From: Thermoproteota archaeon
GTDB taxonomy: Archaea > Thermoproteota > Thermoprotei > Gearchaeales > Gearchaeaceae
Assembly (NCBI GenBank): GCA_032249235.1
Contig: JAVVGF010000002.1
Coordinates: 1 to 64,000, forward strand
Length of the DNA stretch: 64,000 bases
Direction of reading: 5' to 3'
Every line of letters begins with the position of its first letter. Within the stretch, counting starts at the first letter, position 1. A program made the translations under genes and the position numbers. Below, piece after piece: positions 1-9,690 of this stretch. The notes below the pieces were generated by a model. The model had not been told where the DNA came from and did no database searches. It worked only from the letters and a program-made list of their open reading frames with translations.

Positions 1-893
1 TTTGATAAATAATTCAAAATGCCACTCACAGTTACATAAACACTTTGAATAGCAGAGCTCGGAAGATTTTCTATTTTAGCTTCATTCTTAACTTTCTTCA
101 ACATGGTTTGCAATATTTCTTCTTTTTTAAAATTCGCTTTAACTAGCTTCTTAATTTCTTCCATCCATTCATTTATCTTCAATTTTGTCAATTCAAAGAT
201 ATTCTGAGGATCATTTCTAACACCGAAATGAGGAACTAAAAGCATTCTAGGTTCATAAGAAGATAAATTATCTACAGTTTTCATAGCTTGAATTGGGTCG
301 AAGCTAGGAGGTGGAGTAGTAGGTATCATGATATTAAGCTTAGGTTGAACAATTCCTACAGCATCTGCAGTGAATAATGCTTTTTTCTCGATTAGCAATA
401 TGGAGATTTGATGAGGGGCATGGCCTGGAGCATATATGCATCGCAATGTTAAATCTCCTAATTTTAATTCAAGTTCATCCTTAACGATGTTAATTCTTTC
501 AGCATTTACAGGCAAAGGCAATCCAAAGCTTTTAAGCTTTTCTTCGCCGAATATTTCTTTAGCGCTTTCTATTAACTTTGAAGGATCTACGAGATGTCTT
601 TGCGCTCTTTCATGAGCAATTATCGTAGCTTTCTTAGCTATATTAGCAATATGCCCTGTTGCTCCTGCATGATCTAAATGAACATGCGTTGGTATTATAT
701 AAGTTAAATTACTAGGTTCAATTCCAACACTCAATAAAGCATTAATGACATTCATGTAAGTTGAGGCATATCCTAAATCAATCAATGCAAACTTATCGCC
801 AGATTTGACCAAATAGCACGCAACTGCTTTCTCCTCGTTATATGCTAAAGTATCAATTAGATAAATGTTCTCAGTTATTCTTTCTATTTTCAC
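1..893 (-). CDS. MBL-fold metallo-hydrolase (3' end runs off window; not in ORF track)
   Basis: Manual translation from GTG at 893 gives MKIERITENIYLIDTLAY...LIDLG...THVHLDHAG...PGHAPH...FTADA, the HxHxDH metallo-beta-lactamase motifs. Confidence 0.85.
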   Translation of the reverse strand, partial: MKIERITENIYLIDTLAYNEEKAVACYLVKSGDKFALIDLGYASTYMNVINALLSVGIEPSNLTYIIPTHVHLDHAGATGHIANIAKKATIIAHERAQRHLVDPSKLIESAKEIFGEEKLKSFGLPLPVNAERINIVKDELELKLGDLTLRCIYAPGHAPHQISILLIEKKALFTADAVGIVQPKLNIMIPTTPPPSFDPIQAMKTVDNLSSYEPRMLLVPHFGVRNDPQNIFELTKLKINEWMEEIKKLVKANFKKEEILQTMLKKVKNEAKIENLPSSAIQSVYVTVSGILNYLS

Positions 894-943
894 ATAGCAT
901 ATTATGCATGCTCTTTTTATATCTTTTGAATGTTAGAGTATTG

Positions 944-2359
944 ATGATTAAGGTAATACGAGAATCAAAGATTTTGAATATGATCGAGAATATTTCACAA
1001 AAGACTTTAATTGCTGAAGCTGTATCTACATGGAGCAAAAAAATTCCTCAGGAAATTGAAAGAGAAATGGATGATGCAGAATTTGAGAACAAAATGAAAG
1101 TTATAAAAGAAGCAGTAAGAGATGGCTATTCTTCCATATTAGAGATGCCAAACATACATGTTCAAGCAATAATGCCTAGACTTGATACTTTAACTCTGGT
1201 ATCCTTCTCAACTGGAGCAAATTTTCTTCAACAATCCTTAAGATATACAGTTCCTTTAATAAAAGAAGAAAAAGAAAAGTTTTCTTATGTATTCATACCT
1301 AATTCTTTGAAATCGAAAGAAAATGCAATAATTAAACATGTCGAAAAAGGATTCGAGCTATATAATGAATTAGTTCAAAATTTAAATGTCTTAGAAACTA
1401 GAAAGCCAGAGGAAGATGCAAGATATCATTTACCGATTTGTATAGGAACTTTCATTTCAGCAAGCTTGAATTTGAGCCATATTGTTCATATGCTTAGCTT
1501 AATTAAAGTGCATGAAGAAAACAATATTCCAATACCTTCTACTTGGAAATGTTTTGTTGAAGAATTAGTTAATAAAATAAGTTACAAAGAATTTGTTTAT
1601 AATATAGCTAAAGAAATAAAAATTGGAAAATTTTATCCGAATTCATATCCATTAATTACAAATAATATTATGAAAAAAATAGAAAAAGATTTTGAAATAA
1701 ATGGAAAAAACGAAATAAAATTATTAAATTATAACTTGAAAATTCTTGAATACTTTACAAAAGATGAAATAAGAAACATAATAATAAAAGGAATAAATAA
1801 CGGTGAGTTTAATGATTTCAGCGATATAGTATTCGAGTTCGCAGTAAAGGAAAGCGGAATAGCAAGGCACCAAATTATAAGACATCGAACAATTCAGCAA
1901 CAAAGCATAAGTATTTATGATGTAGCAAAAAGATCTGAAATTTTAATTCCGGCATCGATTAAGCAAAGCAAGCTAATAAATCACTATGTCGACTATTTGA
2001 ATAATTCAATTTCCTTGTACGAAGATTTGAGAAATGAAAGTCAGAATGATGCAGTGTTAATTTTACCTTCTAATTTAGCTTTTGTTAGTAAATTAAGGAT
2101 TGATGGATATAATATATTCAATTTTAGAGGATTTTTGGGTAATAGATGTTGCGAATTAGCACAAGCTGAAACTCAACTCATAGCTAGCTTAATAAACAAT
2201 AAAATAAAAGAAGTCTTCGAAAAAGAAGGATACAAAGAATTGACTTATATCTTACATGCTAATTGCTTTAAGCTTAGAAAATGTCCTGAATTAATTGAAA
2301 GAGCAATGTATTGTAGCATATTTAAGAATAAAAGTTTCGAGAAACCATTATTTAGCTAG
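944..2359 (+). CDS. thyX: Tandem-domain flavin-dependent thymidylate synthase ThyX-like protein
   Basis: Motifs GYSSILE, QQSLRY and DARYHLP in the N-half, and RHQIIRHRT, RCCELAQAET and a C-terminal CxxxxxC in the C-half. Start moved to ATG 944 because a TATA-like tttatat lies at about 916 and the track start overlaps the divergent gene. Confidence 0.7.
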   Translation: MIKVIRESKILNMIENISQKTLIAEAVSTWSKKIPQEIEREMDDAEFENKMKVIKEAVRDGYSSILEMPNIHVQAIMPRLDTLTLVSFSTGANFLQQSLRYTVPLIKEEKEKFSYVFIPNSLKSKENAIIKHVEKGFELYNELVQNLNVLETRKPEEDARYHLPICIGTFISASLNLSHIVHMLSLIKVHEENNIPIPSTWKCFVEELVNKISYKEFVYNIAKEIKIGKFYPNSYPLITNNIMKKIEKDFEINGKNEIKLLNYNLKILEYFTKDEIRNIIIKGINNGEFNDFSDIVFEFAVKESGIARHQIIRHRTIQQQSISIYDVAKRSEILIPASIKQSKLINHYVDYLNNSISLYEDLRNESQNDAVLILPSNLAFVSKLRIDGYNIFNFRGFLGNRCCELAQAETQLIASLINNKIKEVFEKEGYKELTYILHANCFKLRKCPELIERAMYCSIFKNKSFEKPLFS

Positions 2360-2439
2360 ATTACTCAAAATCCTTGAATAGTTTATTGAATTTCAAAAAA
2401 CATTCATATAATTTATTTCAGTTCTTAATAAGGGCAAAT

Positions 2440-2811
2440 ATGAATAAGATATTAGCTTTAATTGCAAGTCTCATAGAAGATTTCATATTTATAATAGTTT
2501 TGCTCATAATCTTACCTTTATTGGGTATTTATTTACCAAGTTGGTTCATAGCTTTGATTTTAGCTATATTGATCATAATTAGCGCAATAACTTATAGAGC
2601 GCTTAGCGTTCTGAAGAAACCTGCAATTTTAGGCAAAGAAGTTTTAATAGGAAAAACAGGCGAAGCAATTTCTGATTTCAATCATGAAGGTTTAGTTTAT
2701 TTAGAAAACGAAGTATGGACAGCAATATCGAGAAATGGAAAAATAAAGAAAGGAGATAAAGTCATAGTTAGAAATATTCAAGGAACCAAATTGATTGTTG
2801 AAAAGATTTAA
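2440..2811 (+). CDS. NfeD-like membrane protein (short form, C-terminal OB domain)
   Basis: Two hydrophobic helices, then LIGKTGEA...GLVYLENEVWTAIS...IKKGDKVIV...LIVE. ATG 2440 is preferred. Confidence 0.8.
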   Translation: MNKILALIASLIEDFIFIIVLLIILPLLGIYLPSWFIALILAILIIISAITYRALSVLKKPAILGKEVLIGKTGEAISDFNHEGLVYLENEVWTAISRNGKIKKGDKVIVRNIQGTKLIVEKI

Positions 2812-4880
2812 ATTTTGTATTTCAACAAAAGGCTAGAATTGCTCACCACGCTTATTGAACTAAATGCCATAGCTATTGCAGCAAAAATAGGATTTAGCAA
2901 TATTCCTGCTATTGGATAAAGCAAACCTGCAGCGATTGGAATTAGAATAATATTATAAAAGAAAGCCCAAAATAGATTTTGCTTTATTTTACTATAAGTT
3001 TTCTTGCTCAATTTGATAGCCTTGACAACATCCAATATAGAATTCTTAAGCAATATTATTCCACCTGTTTCTTTAGCGATATCAGTACCGCTTCCTATAG
3101 CTATGCCAACGTCTGCAACAGCTAATGCTGGAGCATCATTTATTCCATCACCTACCATGATTACGACTTTTCCTTCATTCTTTAAGCTTTTCACTATATC
3201 AGCTTTCTGAACGGGCATTACGTTTGCGAAGAACTTGTCTATGCCTAATTCTTTTGCTACTGCATTAGCTACTCTTTCATTATCTCCTGTAATCATAGCC
3301 ACTTCAATATTCATCTTTTTAAGCTCTTCAATCGCACTTCTTGCTTCTTCTCTTATTGTATCTGAAAAAGCAAATATCGCAATTATTTGGTTGTTTAAAA
3401 CTAAATAAGATAATGTCTTTCCTTGATTTTCTAGATCTTCAATTATCTTCTTTTTTCTTTCATCCAATTCAATTCCTAACCTTTTAATTATTCTTTCATT
3501 TCCGAAATAGATTTCCATATCTTTTATTCTTCCCTTCACGCCTTCTCCAGCGATTTCTTCAAAGTGATCTAGTTCAGATAGTTCAAGCTTCCTTTTGATT
3601 GCTTCATCAACTATTACTTGAGCTAAAGGATGGTTAGACAATCTTTCCAATGAAGCTACAAGGCTTAAAATGCTGCTTTCATCATTTTTAGAAAATATGA
3701 TTATATCAGAAATTTTTGGTTTCCCATAGGTCAATGTTCCTGTTTTATCAAAGATTACGACATTTGCTTTATGGATTTTCTCTAAATACTCTCCTCCTTT
3801 AATTAGTATACCTTGCTTAGCTCCTTTTGAAGTTGCGATCAACAATGCTGCAGGTGTTGCAATTCCTAAAGCACATGGACATGCAATTATTAAAACTGAT
3901 ATTAATATTGAAAGAGAAATTGCTAATGGTAAATTCCAAGCCAAATACCAAAATGCAAAAGAAAGTATCGCTATTAAAACAACTATAGGAACAAAAAATG
4001 AAGCTATCCTATCTGCAAGTCTTTGAATGGGTGTTCTAGATAATATTGCATCTTCTACAGTTTTAATTACTTGAGATATAAGCGTTTCAGCTCCTACTTT
4101 CGTTACCTTAATTTTTAGGAAGCCTGTTTTGTTCATAGTACCACCTATGACTTCATCGCCTGCTTTTTTCTCGACAGGTATACTTTCACCAGTTATCGCT
4201 GATTGATCTACATATGAATAACCATCAATAACTATTCCATCACTTGGAATTTTCTCACCAGGCTTAACTAATATTATATCTCCTGCGTTCAATTCATCTA
4301 CATTAACTTCCAATTCTTTCCCCTCTTTCAATAACCTTGCTCTTGAAGGTTGAAGTTCTAAAAGACTTTCAAGAGCTTCTGCTGCTCTATGTTTCATTAT
4401 TCTCTCTAGCGTCCTTCCTAATAAGACAAAACCAATTATTAATGTAGATTCAAGAAAATAACCCATGTTTGCTTCAATTATTTTAGGAATTAAATTAGAA
4501 CTCTGAAGAACAAAAATTAAACTATATATCCATGCTGCTGAAGTTCCTATTGCAATTAAAGTATCCATGTTTGCTTGCCTAGCTTTAATAGCATCAATCA
4601 TGCCCTTGTAAAAAACTAAGCCTGGATAGAATTGAACAACCGTAGCTAAAATTAAAAGGATCCAATTCGAAAAATTAATGATCTCTAAAAATAAAATTAT
4701 TATGCCAAATGAGATAGCAAGAAAAGTAAGAATTTTTAGATTTCTTATTTCCTTCAAAGGAGCTATAAAAGATTCAAGGCAACCTGAGCTGCAAAAATAA
4801 TAAGTAGTCCCCCTTCGTGTTATCTTAAAGGGAGTTTTGTTCTCATCGACATACATTCCGCAAACTAAGTCTTTAGCCAC
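2808..4880 (-). CDS. copA: Cu(I)-translocating P1B-type ATPase with N-terminal YHS/TRASH domain
   Basis: DLVCGM...YYFCSSGC, TGES, CPC, DKTGT, HP, GDGIND, YN and MAFSS motifs. The likely start is GTG 4880 (MAKDLVCGM). Confidence 0.93.
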   Translation of the reverse strand: MAKDLVCGMYVDENKTPFKITRRGTTYYFCSSGCLESFIAPLKEIRNLKILTFLAISFGIIILFLEIINFSNWILLILATVVQFYPGLVFYKGMIDAIKARQANMDTLIAIGTSAAWIYSLIFVLQSSNLIPKIIEANMGYFLESTLIIGFVLLGRTLERIMKHRAAEALESLLELQPSRARLLKEGKELEVNVDELNAGDIILVKPGEKIPSDGIVIDGYSYVDQSAITGESIPVEKKAGDEVIGGTMNKTGFLKIKVTKVGAETLISQVIKTVEDAILSRTPIQRLADRIASFFVPIVVLIAILSFAFWYLAWNLPLAISLSILISVLIIACPCALGIATPAALLIATSKGAKQGILIKGGEYLEKIHKANVVIFDKTGTLTYGKPKISDIIIFSKNDESSILSLVASLERLSNHPLAQVIVDEAIKRKLELSELDHFEEIAGEGVKGRIKDMEIYFGNERIIKRLGIELDERKKKIIEDLENQGKTLSYLVLNNQIIAIFAFSDTIREEARSAIEELKKMNIEVAMITGDNERVANAVAKELGIDKFFANVMPVQKADIVKSLKNEGKVVIMVGDGINDAPALAVADVGIAIGSGTDIAKETGGIILLKNSILDVVKAIKLSKKTYSKIKQNLFWAFFYNIILIPIAAGLLYPIAGILLNPIFAAIAMAFSSISVVSNSSLLLKYKI

Positions 4881-4898
4881 GGAATTACATGCGGTAAA

Positions 4899-4910
4899 CT
4901 TTATATAAAG
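4899..4910. promoter_or_regulatory. Palindromic TATA element shared by divergent copA and chaperone genes
   Basis: Perfect palindrome CTTTATATAAAG lying roughly 20-30 nt from both start codons (4880 and 4936). Confidence 0.55.
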
Positions 4911-4935
4911 CTTTAAAATTAAAACTAAAAAAGAT

Positions 4936-5085
4936 ATGGCTAAAGCTATAGATCCTGTTTGCAAAATGGAGGTAGATACCTCAAAAGCAAAATTCAAGAG
5001 CGATTATAAAGGCAAGACATACTATTTCTGCTCTGAAAACTGTAAAAAGAAATTCGATAGTTCACCAGCTACATACGTTAAGTAA
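4936..5085 (+). CDS. YHS/TRASH-domain copper metallochaperone (49 aa; not in ORF track)
   Basis: MAKAIDPVCKMEVDTSKAKFKSDYKGKTYYFCSENCKKKFDSSPATYVK* matches the DPVCxM...YYFCSxxC TRASH signature. It is divergent from copA. Confidence 0.9.
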   Translation: MAKAIDPVCKMEVDTSKAKFKSDYKGKTYYFCSENCKKKFDSSPATYVK

Positions 5086-5122
5086 AACAAAAATTAAAAA
5101 ATAAAAATATTATTTTAATTTT

Positions 5123-5623
5123 TTAATCTTCTTCTTGATCTTCTTCTCCTGCTGGATGTATAATTAATAAAGGCTCGTTTTTAACATCTTCTGACTTAGG
5201 GTGTTGACTTACTACATAGTTTATTACAATATTTACAGTATATGTACCGTTCATTAAAAATAGAGTATACTTAGTATTATCTAAGTTTAATTTTATTATG
5301 TTATTTGCAATTGTTATTGTAATATTAAATTCTGAAAATACTTTCTTTAATTTCTCAACATGCTTTAATGCAATAGTATAATTACCTGAATCTTTTATTA
5401 TTATCGTAGCGTTATCTTGAATAGTTCCTTTTCCTCCTGGAGAAAGTTTTCCTAGATCGAAATGAGCAGGAATTATTTGAGCTTCTTCCTCTCCTTGTAC
5501 TTTATAACTTATAAAAGCAAATGGACCGTAACCGTGGGATGCCATAACTCCTACAGAAACACTTATTGTTGCAAGCAACGCTATTGCTATTATCGCTATT
5601 TTATTGCTAAGTATGGACATCAT
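5123..5623 (-). CDS. Hypothetical secreted/membrane-anchored protein
   Basis: N-terminal hydrophobic signal, beta-rich body and an acidic tail. Confidence 0.6.
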   Translation of the reverse strand: MMSILSNKIAIIAIALLATISVSVGVMASHGYGPFAFISYKVQGEEEAQIIPAHFDLGKLSPGGKGTIQDNATIIIKDSGNYTIALKHVEKLKKVFSEFNITITIANNIIKLNLDNTKYTLFLMNGTYTVNIVINYVVSQHPKSEDVKNEPLLIIHPAGEEDQEED

Positions 5624-5696
5624 AGGAAATTGGATGCAGAAAATCGATATAACAAAATGCTTTTAGACACTTTACTAATTTTGTAGAACGCAATGT

Positions 5697-6233
5697 TCAA
5701 CGTTTTTTAGAATTTATAAGCTCTCTAGATATGAGATAATCGATAATTTGTTCAACACATTCATTAGGATTTAATTTATTAGTCTCGAGCACCAATTCAG
5801 CATTGTTAGATTCTTCATAAGGATCTTGGAGACCAGGAACCGTCGATGCTAAGCCTTTTTTAGCAGCTTCATATATTCCTTTCTTGTCTCTTTTCATGCA
5901 AGTTTCAATATCACACTTCAAATAAACTTCAATGAAATTTTTAATTTGAGATCGGGCTTCATCTCTATAGCGCTTTTTATTACCTGTAGCAGCAATTATA
6001 ACATTAACTCCATTATCAACAAGCAATTTTGCAATATAAACAAGAACACTATAAAACCAGTCTCTTTCTTCTAATGAATAGGTAGGTTTAGGAGTTAATA
6101 TTTTCCTCAGCTCATCCGAATCAAGAATTTGAACTGAAATTCCCATGTTTTGCAACGCATTCTTAAGTAGAGAAGCAATTGTAGATTTACCTGAAGCAGG
6201 TAAGCCAGTAAGCCAAATACAAAAAGATTTCAT
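5697..6233 (-). CDS. cysC: Adenylyl-sulfate kinase-like P-loop kinase
   Basis: IWLTGLPASGKST, LDSDELR, FIEVYLKC, RDKKGIY and QDPYE motifs. Confidence 0.75.
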   Translation of the reverse strand: MKSFCIWLTGLPASGKSTIASLLKNALQNMGISVQILDSDELRKILTPKPTYSLEERDWFYSVLVYIAKLLVDNGVNVIIAATGNKKRYRDEARSQIKNFIEVYLKCDIETCMKRDKKGIYEAAKKGLASTVPGLQDPYEESNNAELVLETNKLNPNECVEQIIDYLISRELINSKKR

Positions 6234-7306
6234 GAAAAGAGTGAATTCACAGACTTATAGTCGAAATGCTCACTCTCTAGAACATTGTTTATGAAATTGA
6301 AGAGAGCCTTTCTTGTTTCATATTTCAAATTAGGATACCAAATAGGACTCGCTATGACAAGAGCACGCCATGCATAAAACGGCTGCAGTACTCTTAATAT
6401 TTCTTCATCATTTGTTAACTTTAAATAATTTTCAAAAAATTTTTGATAAAGAAATTCAAAAGGACCTTCTAGTCTATTCCATCTTTGTAAAGAGAAGAAA
6501 ATATAATTTATCGTAAGAGCAGTTAAATCATCTGCAGGTTCTCCAAATTCTCCTCTGCTCCTATCATTTAAAACAAAATCAGCTTCATCAACAAAGAATA
6601 TGTTCCAAGGATGGAAGTCTCCATGAATTTGACTAGCTCTATGAATGAGCTTCTTCAATTTCCATCTCCATTCAATTAATCTTTTTTCTATTTTTATGAA
6701 AAAGTTTTCATCATAAAATTCACTCTTTGTAGGATAACTATCGATTAAGCCCATAATACATTCTCCATGACCTAGAAGTTCTCTTATTCTGCGAACGTAT
6801 ATTTCTTTATCCTCTGACTTGACTGAATGAATTTCAGCAAGATAATTAGATAGCGAAATACAACGCTTTATATCAAGCTCATTTAAAGAAGCTGTATCCC
6901 TTATTCTTTCTAAATCTAAATAATATAAATTACCTTTAATGAATTCAACTAAAATGAAGGGTTCGCTGAATTTCAAAAGAGGAAAGAGTTTGCCTTCTTC
7001 ATTAAAATAACCTAAAGCTAAAGCTCTTGCATGCTTAGGCAACTTATTATAAGATTCATAAGCCAAAATAAGAGAATGAAATCTATCAGCTCTATATTCA
7101 TGACCAAATCTATCAGCCCGCATAGTTTCAAGAACTGCTTTATTCAATTCTTTTTCAACTTGAAAAGTTATGATTATGGGCATGCCATAGCCGTAGCCTT
7201 TTAAAGATCCTTCTTTTATTTCTATTCCTTCTACGCTAACTAACTTAACGTCTTTATGAAATATTTCTTTTAAGAATTCTTCGATAAATTCTAATTTTAC
7301 ATTCAT
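6230..7306 (-). CDS. APH/choline-kinase-family phosphotransferase
   Basis: Brenner motif HGDFHPWN followed by DRSRGEFGEPADD. Overlaps the cysC start by 4 nt. Confidence 0.8.
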   Translation of the reverse strand: MNVKLEFIEEFLKEIFHKDVKLVSVEGIEIKEGSLKGYGYGMPIIITFQVEKELNKAVLETMRADRFGHEYRADRFHSLILAYESYNKLPKHARALALGYFNEEGKLFPLLKFSEPFILVEFIKGNLYYLDLERIRDTASLNELDIKRCISLSNYLAEIHSVKSEDKEIYVRRIRELLGHGECIMGLIDSYPTKSEFYDENFFIKIEKRLIEWRWKLKKLIHRASQIHGDFHPWNIFFVDEADFVLNDRSRGEFGEPADDLTALTINYIFFSLQRWNRLEGPFEFLYQKFFENYLKLTNDEEILRVLQPFYAWRALVIASPIWYPNLKYETRKALFNFINNVLESEHFDYKSVNSLFS

Positions 7307-7320
7307 AACTAAATCATTTA

Positions 7321-7941
7321 TTATAAATTAAAAAGCCAATATTCAAGACCTATTCTTGTTTCACTTCCATGCCCAGGATAAACAATTGTTTCTCTTGGCA
7401 ATTTAGCAAGCTTTCTTAAGCTATTAAGCATATCTTGTTCATTGCTATAAGGAAAATCTACTCTCCCATATGTGCCTAGGAAAAGCGTATCGCCTGAGAA
7501 CAAAACTTTTTCCTCATCATTATAAAGACATATTGAACCTGGTGTGTGACCTGGAGTATGAATGACTTTTAATTCAAAAGAACCAATATCTAAAGTTTCT
7601 TCACCTTTCAAAGTTATATCTGGTTCTTGATATTCTAAATCTTCAGTAATATAAGGATATTTTTGATTAAAGAATTCTTTCATCAAATCTTTGTCTTTTT
7701 CATGAATTGCAAGAATAGAACTACTTAGTAAAGATTTCAATTTTTTATTATGTGCTGTATGATCGATATGAGCATGCGTATTTATTATGTATCTAACGTT
7801 CAGTCCTTTATTCTTGACAAATTTATATATTTCTTCTGCACCAAGCGCTACATCAATAATACATGCTTGCTTTTTTTCTTCATCATATACGATATATACA
7901 TTATTGTCTAAAGGAGGAAGCATCAGAGTCTTTATTTTCAT
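7321..7941 (-). CDS. MBL-fold hydrolase (glyoxalase II-like)
   Basis: THAHIDH, HTPGHTPG, SGDTLF and YPGHG motifs. Confidence 0.88.
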   Translation of the reverse strand: MKIKTLMLPPLDNNVYIVYDEEKKQACIIDVALGAEEIYKFVKNKGLNVRYIINTHAHIDHTAHNKKLKSLLSSSILAIHEKDKDLMKEFFNQKYPYITEDLEYQEPDITLKGEETLDIGSFELKVIHTPGHTPGSICLYNDEEKVLFSGDTLFLGTYGRVDFPYSNEQDMLNSLRKLAKLPRETIVYPGHGSETRIGLEYWLFNL

Positions 7942-8596
7942 ATCTAGATTTTATTGTATTAGCTAATATATGAGCACGCTCTAATGGAACAGATACACAG
8001 CCTTCGATGGTTCTTTTAAATATATTGAACGCACCTTTCAAAGTAACTCTTTGACCTACGCTGACAAAATATTTTCTGTTACAGACTTTAATTATAAAGG
8101 CGATTTCTTCATCACCGTCTTTTAAAACTCCTTCATCATTAAACCATTCAATCTTTCCAAATAATCTGCTTTTTGCTACTCCTATTGTAGGCCAATCGAG
8201 CATGAATCCTACAAAACATGCGAGGCCAGCTCTATAAGGATGTGCTTCTCCATGTCCATCCACTAAGTAAACATCAGCCCTCATGCTTGCTTTCTTTGCT
8301 AAATTTACCATTTGAGGCCCTTCTCTCAGGAATAACAGTGTAGGTATATAAGGGAATTTGACTTCATCTATGCTATATTCTTCATGCAGGACTTTTCTCT
8401 CATTTATATCATAAAAAGAAATAGCAGTGATAATTTTATTACCTAAGTATGCAGAATCTAAACCTGCTACGACTTGAACATTTTCAGGATCCTTCTTAAT
8501 CAAATTCTTAGCTATGAATCTTTGAATTGTTCTAGCTTCGTTAACGTTTATTTTCCCTTCTTTTAATTTTCTTAATAATTCATCAATTGATTCCAC
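7901..8596 (-). CDS. nfi: Endonuclease V
   Basis: GLDSAY, FPYIPTLLFLRE, LVDGHGEAHP, PTIGVAKS and a terminal AH. Confidence 0.88.
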   Translation of the reverse strand: MESIDELLRKLKEGKINVNEARTIQRFIAKNLIKKDPENVQVVAGLDSAYLGNKIITAISFYDINERKVLHEEYSIDEVKFPYIPTLLFLREGPQMVNLAKKASMRADVYLVDGHGEAHPYRAGLACFVGFMLDWPTIGVAKSRLFGKIEWFNDEGVLKDGDEEIAFIIKVCNRKYFVSVGQRVTLKGAFNIFKRTIEGCVSVPLERAHILANTIKSRYENKDSDASSFRQ

Positions 8597-8619
8597 TAAG
8601 ATATAAAACTAAAAAGAAA

Positions 8620-9651
8620 TTAAGGAATTGTTGCTCTCCTTATTGCTTCAACAATTTCTTCTTCATCTATTCCATAAAGTTCAACTTTTCCTACTTTTAT
8701 GTATCTCTTAACATATTCTTCGATATATGATTCATCAGCAGGTGCAAACTTAAGACCAGCTTCGAGAGCTTCCAAGGCTTCTGGAGGATAAATGTAGAAA
8801 TCACCTGATATGTGTATATTCATTATCAAGCCACGATCGGTTGAAGCTAAAACAGTTATGAAACCTGTCTTTGTATCGATAGTTACAGCTTTAACATCAG
8901 AGGAAGCATTGATATTCTTATTTCTATATTCATAAATCCATTCGCTCATGGTATGTTTTTCTATATGAGATTTTAATAACATGGCTTCATAATCTGTGAG
9001 TCTTTGATTTGTAAAGCTAATTCCAAGTTCTCTCTTCATCACAGACTTTATAGTCTCTATGAAAGTTGAGGGAGAGTATTCTTGACCTAATTCATATTTT
9101 AAACTTGTGAAATAAGAAGGGGTAGCATAAGGTAAAGAATTAATCGTTAAAACTCGCTTTCTATATTCTTCATCATTATCAACGTTAAAATAGAATGTTA
9201 TGCCTAAAGCATGATTTATTCTAAATACATCTACATATGCAAGCATTCTCTTATTGACATAAAGACTGTATGGTTCTTCATAAGAAGCATTAATATTGAG
9301 CTCTCTTAAAGCATTTATCATGATATCTATTATTTTTCTCTTCATACTATCAGAAGTAGGTCTATTATCTTTTAAGAAAAATTGCACTGCCATTTGCTTA
9401 TCTGTGAAGAATAGAATAGGGCCGCTTGTAGGTCTTCTACCTATATTGAATTTCAGAGCCCTTATTTCTTGGATGTTTATTACTTTCTGAGGTATATGCT
9501 GAATACCTAATATCACAGAACTAGGATTACAATAAGCGATCCTCAAAGTATTGCTTGCTCTTTCATTTCCTACACTTCTTAAAAGAACTTCACTTACAGC
9601 TAAATTATATGCTACATCACCTATTTCATTCATAAAACGCCAATAACTCAT
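8620..9651 (-). CDS. Lipoate-protein ligase A family protein (degenerate motifs) with C-terminal LplA domain
   Basis: NLAVSEVLL, RRPTSG and a C-terminal HISGDFYIYP. The GGGAV.HD and GRKISG motifs are degenerate. Confidence 0.75.
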   Translation of the reverse strand: MSYWRFMNEIGDVAYNLAVSEVLLRSVGNERASNTLRIAYCNPSSVILGIQHIPQKVINIQEIRALKFNIGRRPTSGPILFFTDKQMAVQFFLKDNRPTSDSMKRKIIDIMINALRELNINASYEEPYSLYVNKRMLAYVDVFRINHALGITFYFNVDNDEEYRKRVLTINSLPYATPSYFTSLKYELGQEYSPSTFIETIKSVMKRELGISFTNQRLTDYEAMLLKSHIEKHTMSEWIYEYRNKNINASSDVKAVTIDTKTGFITVLASTDRGLIMNIHISGDFYIYPPEALEALEAGLKFAPADESYIEEYVKRYIKVGKVELYGIDEEEIVEAIRRATIP

Positions 9652-9690
9652 CGCTAACTCTTTGAAATTTTGTTTAAAAGACTTTCTATT

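Noticed and set aside
842-943. N-terminal extension of the ThyX ORF in the track
   Set aside because: It overlaps the divergent MBL hydrolase start (893) and its promoter. ATG 944 fits a TATA box.
4881-4997. N-terminal extension of CopA in the track
   Set aside because: It overlaps the real TRASH chaperone gene on the opposite strand.
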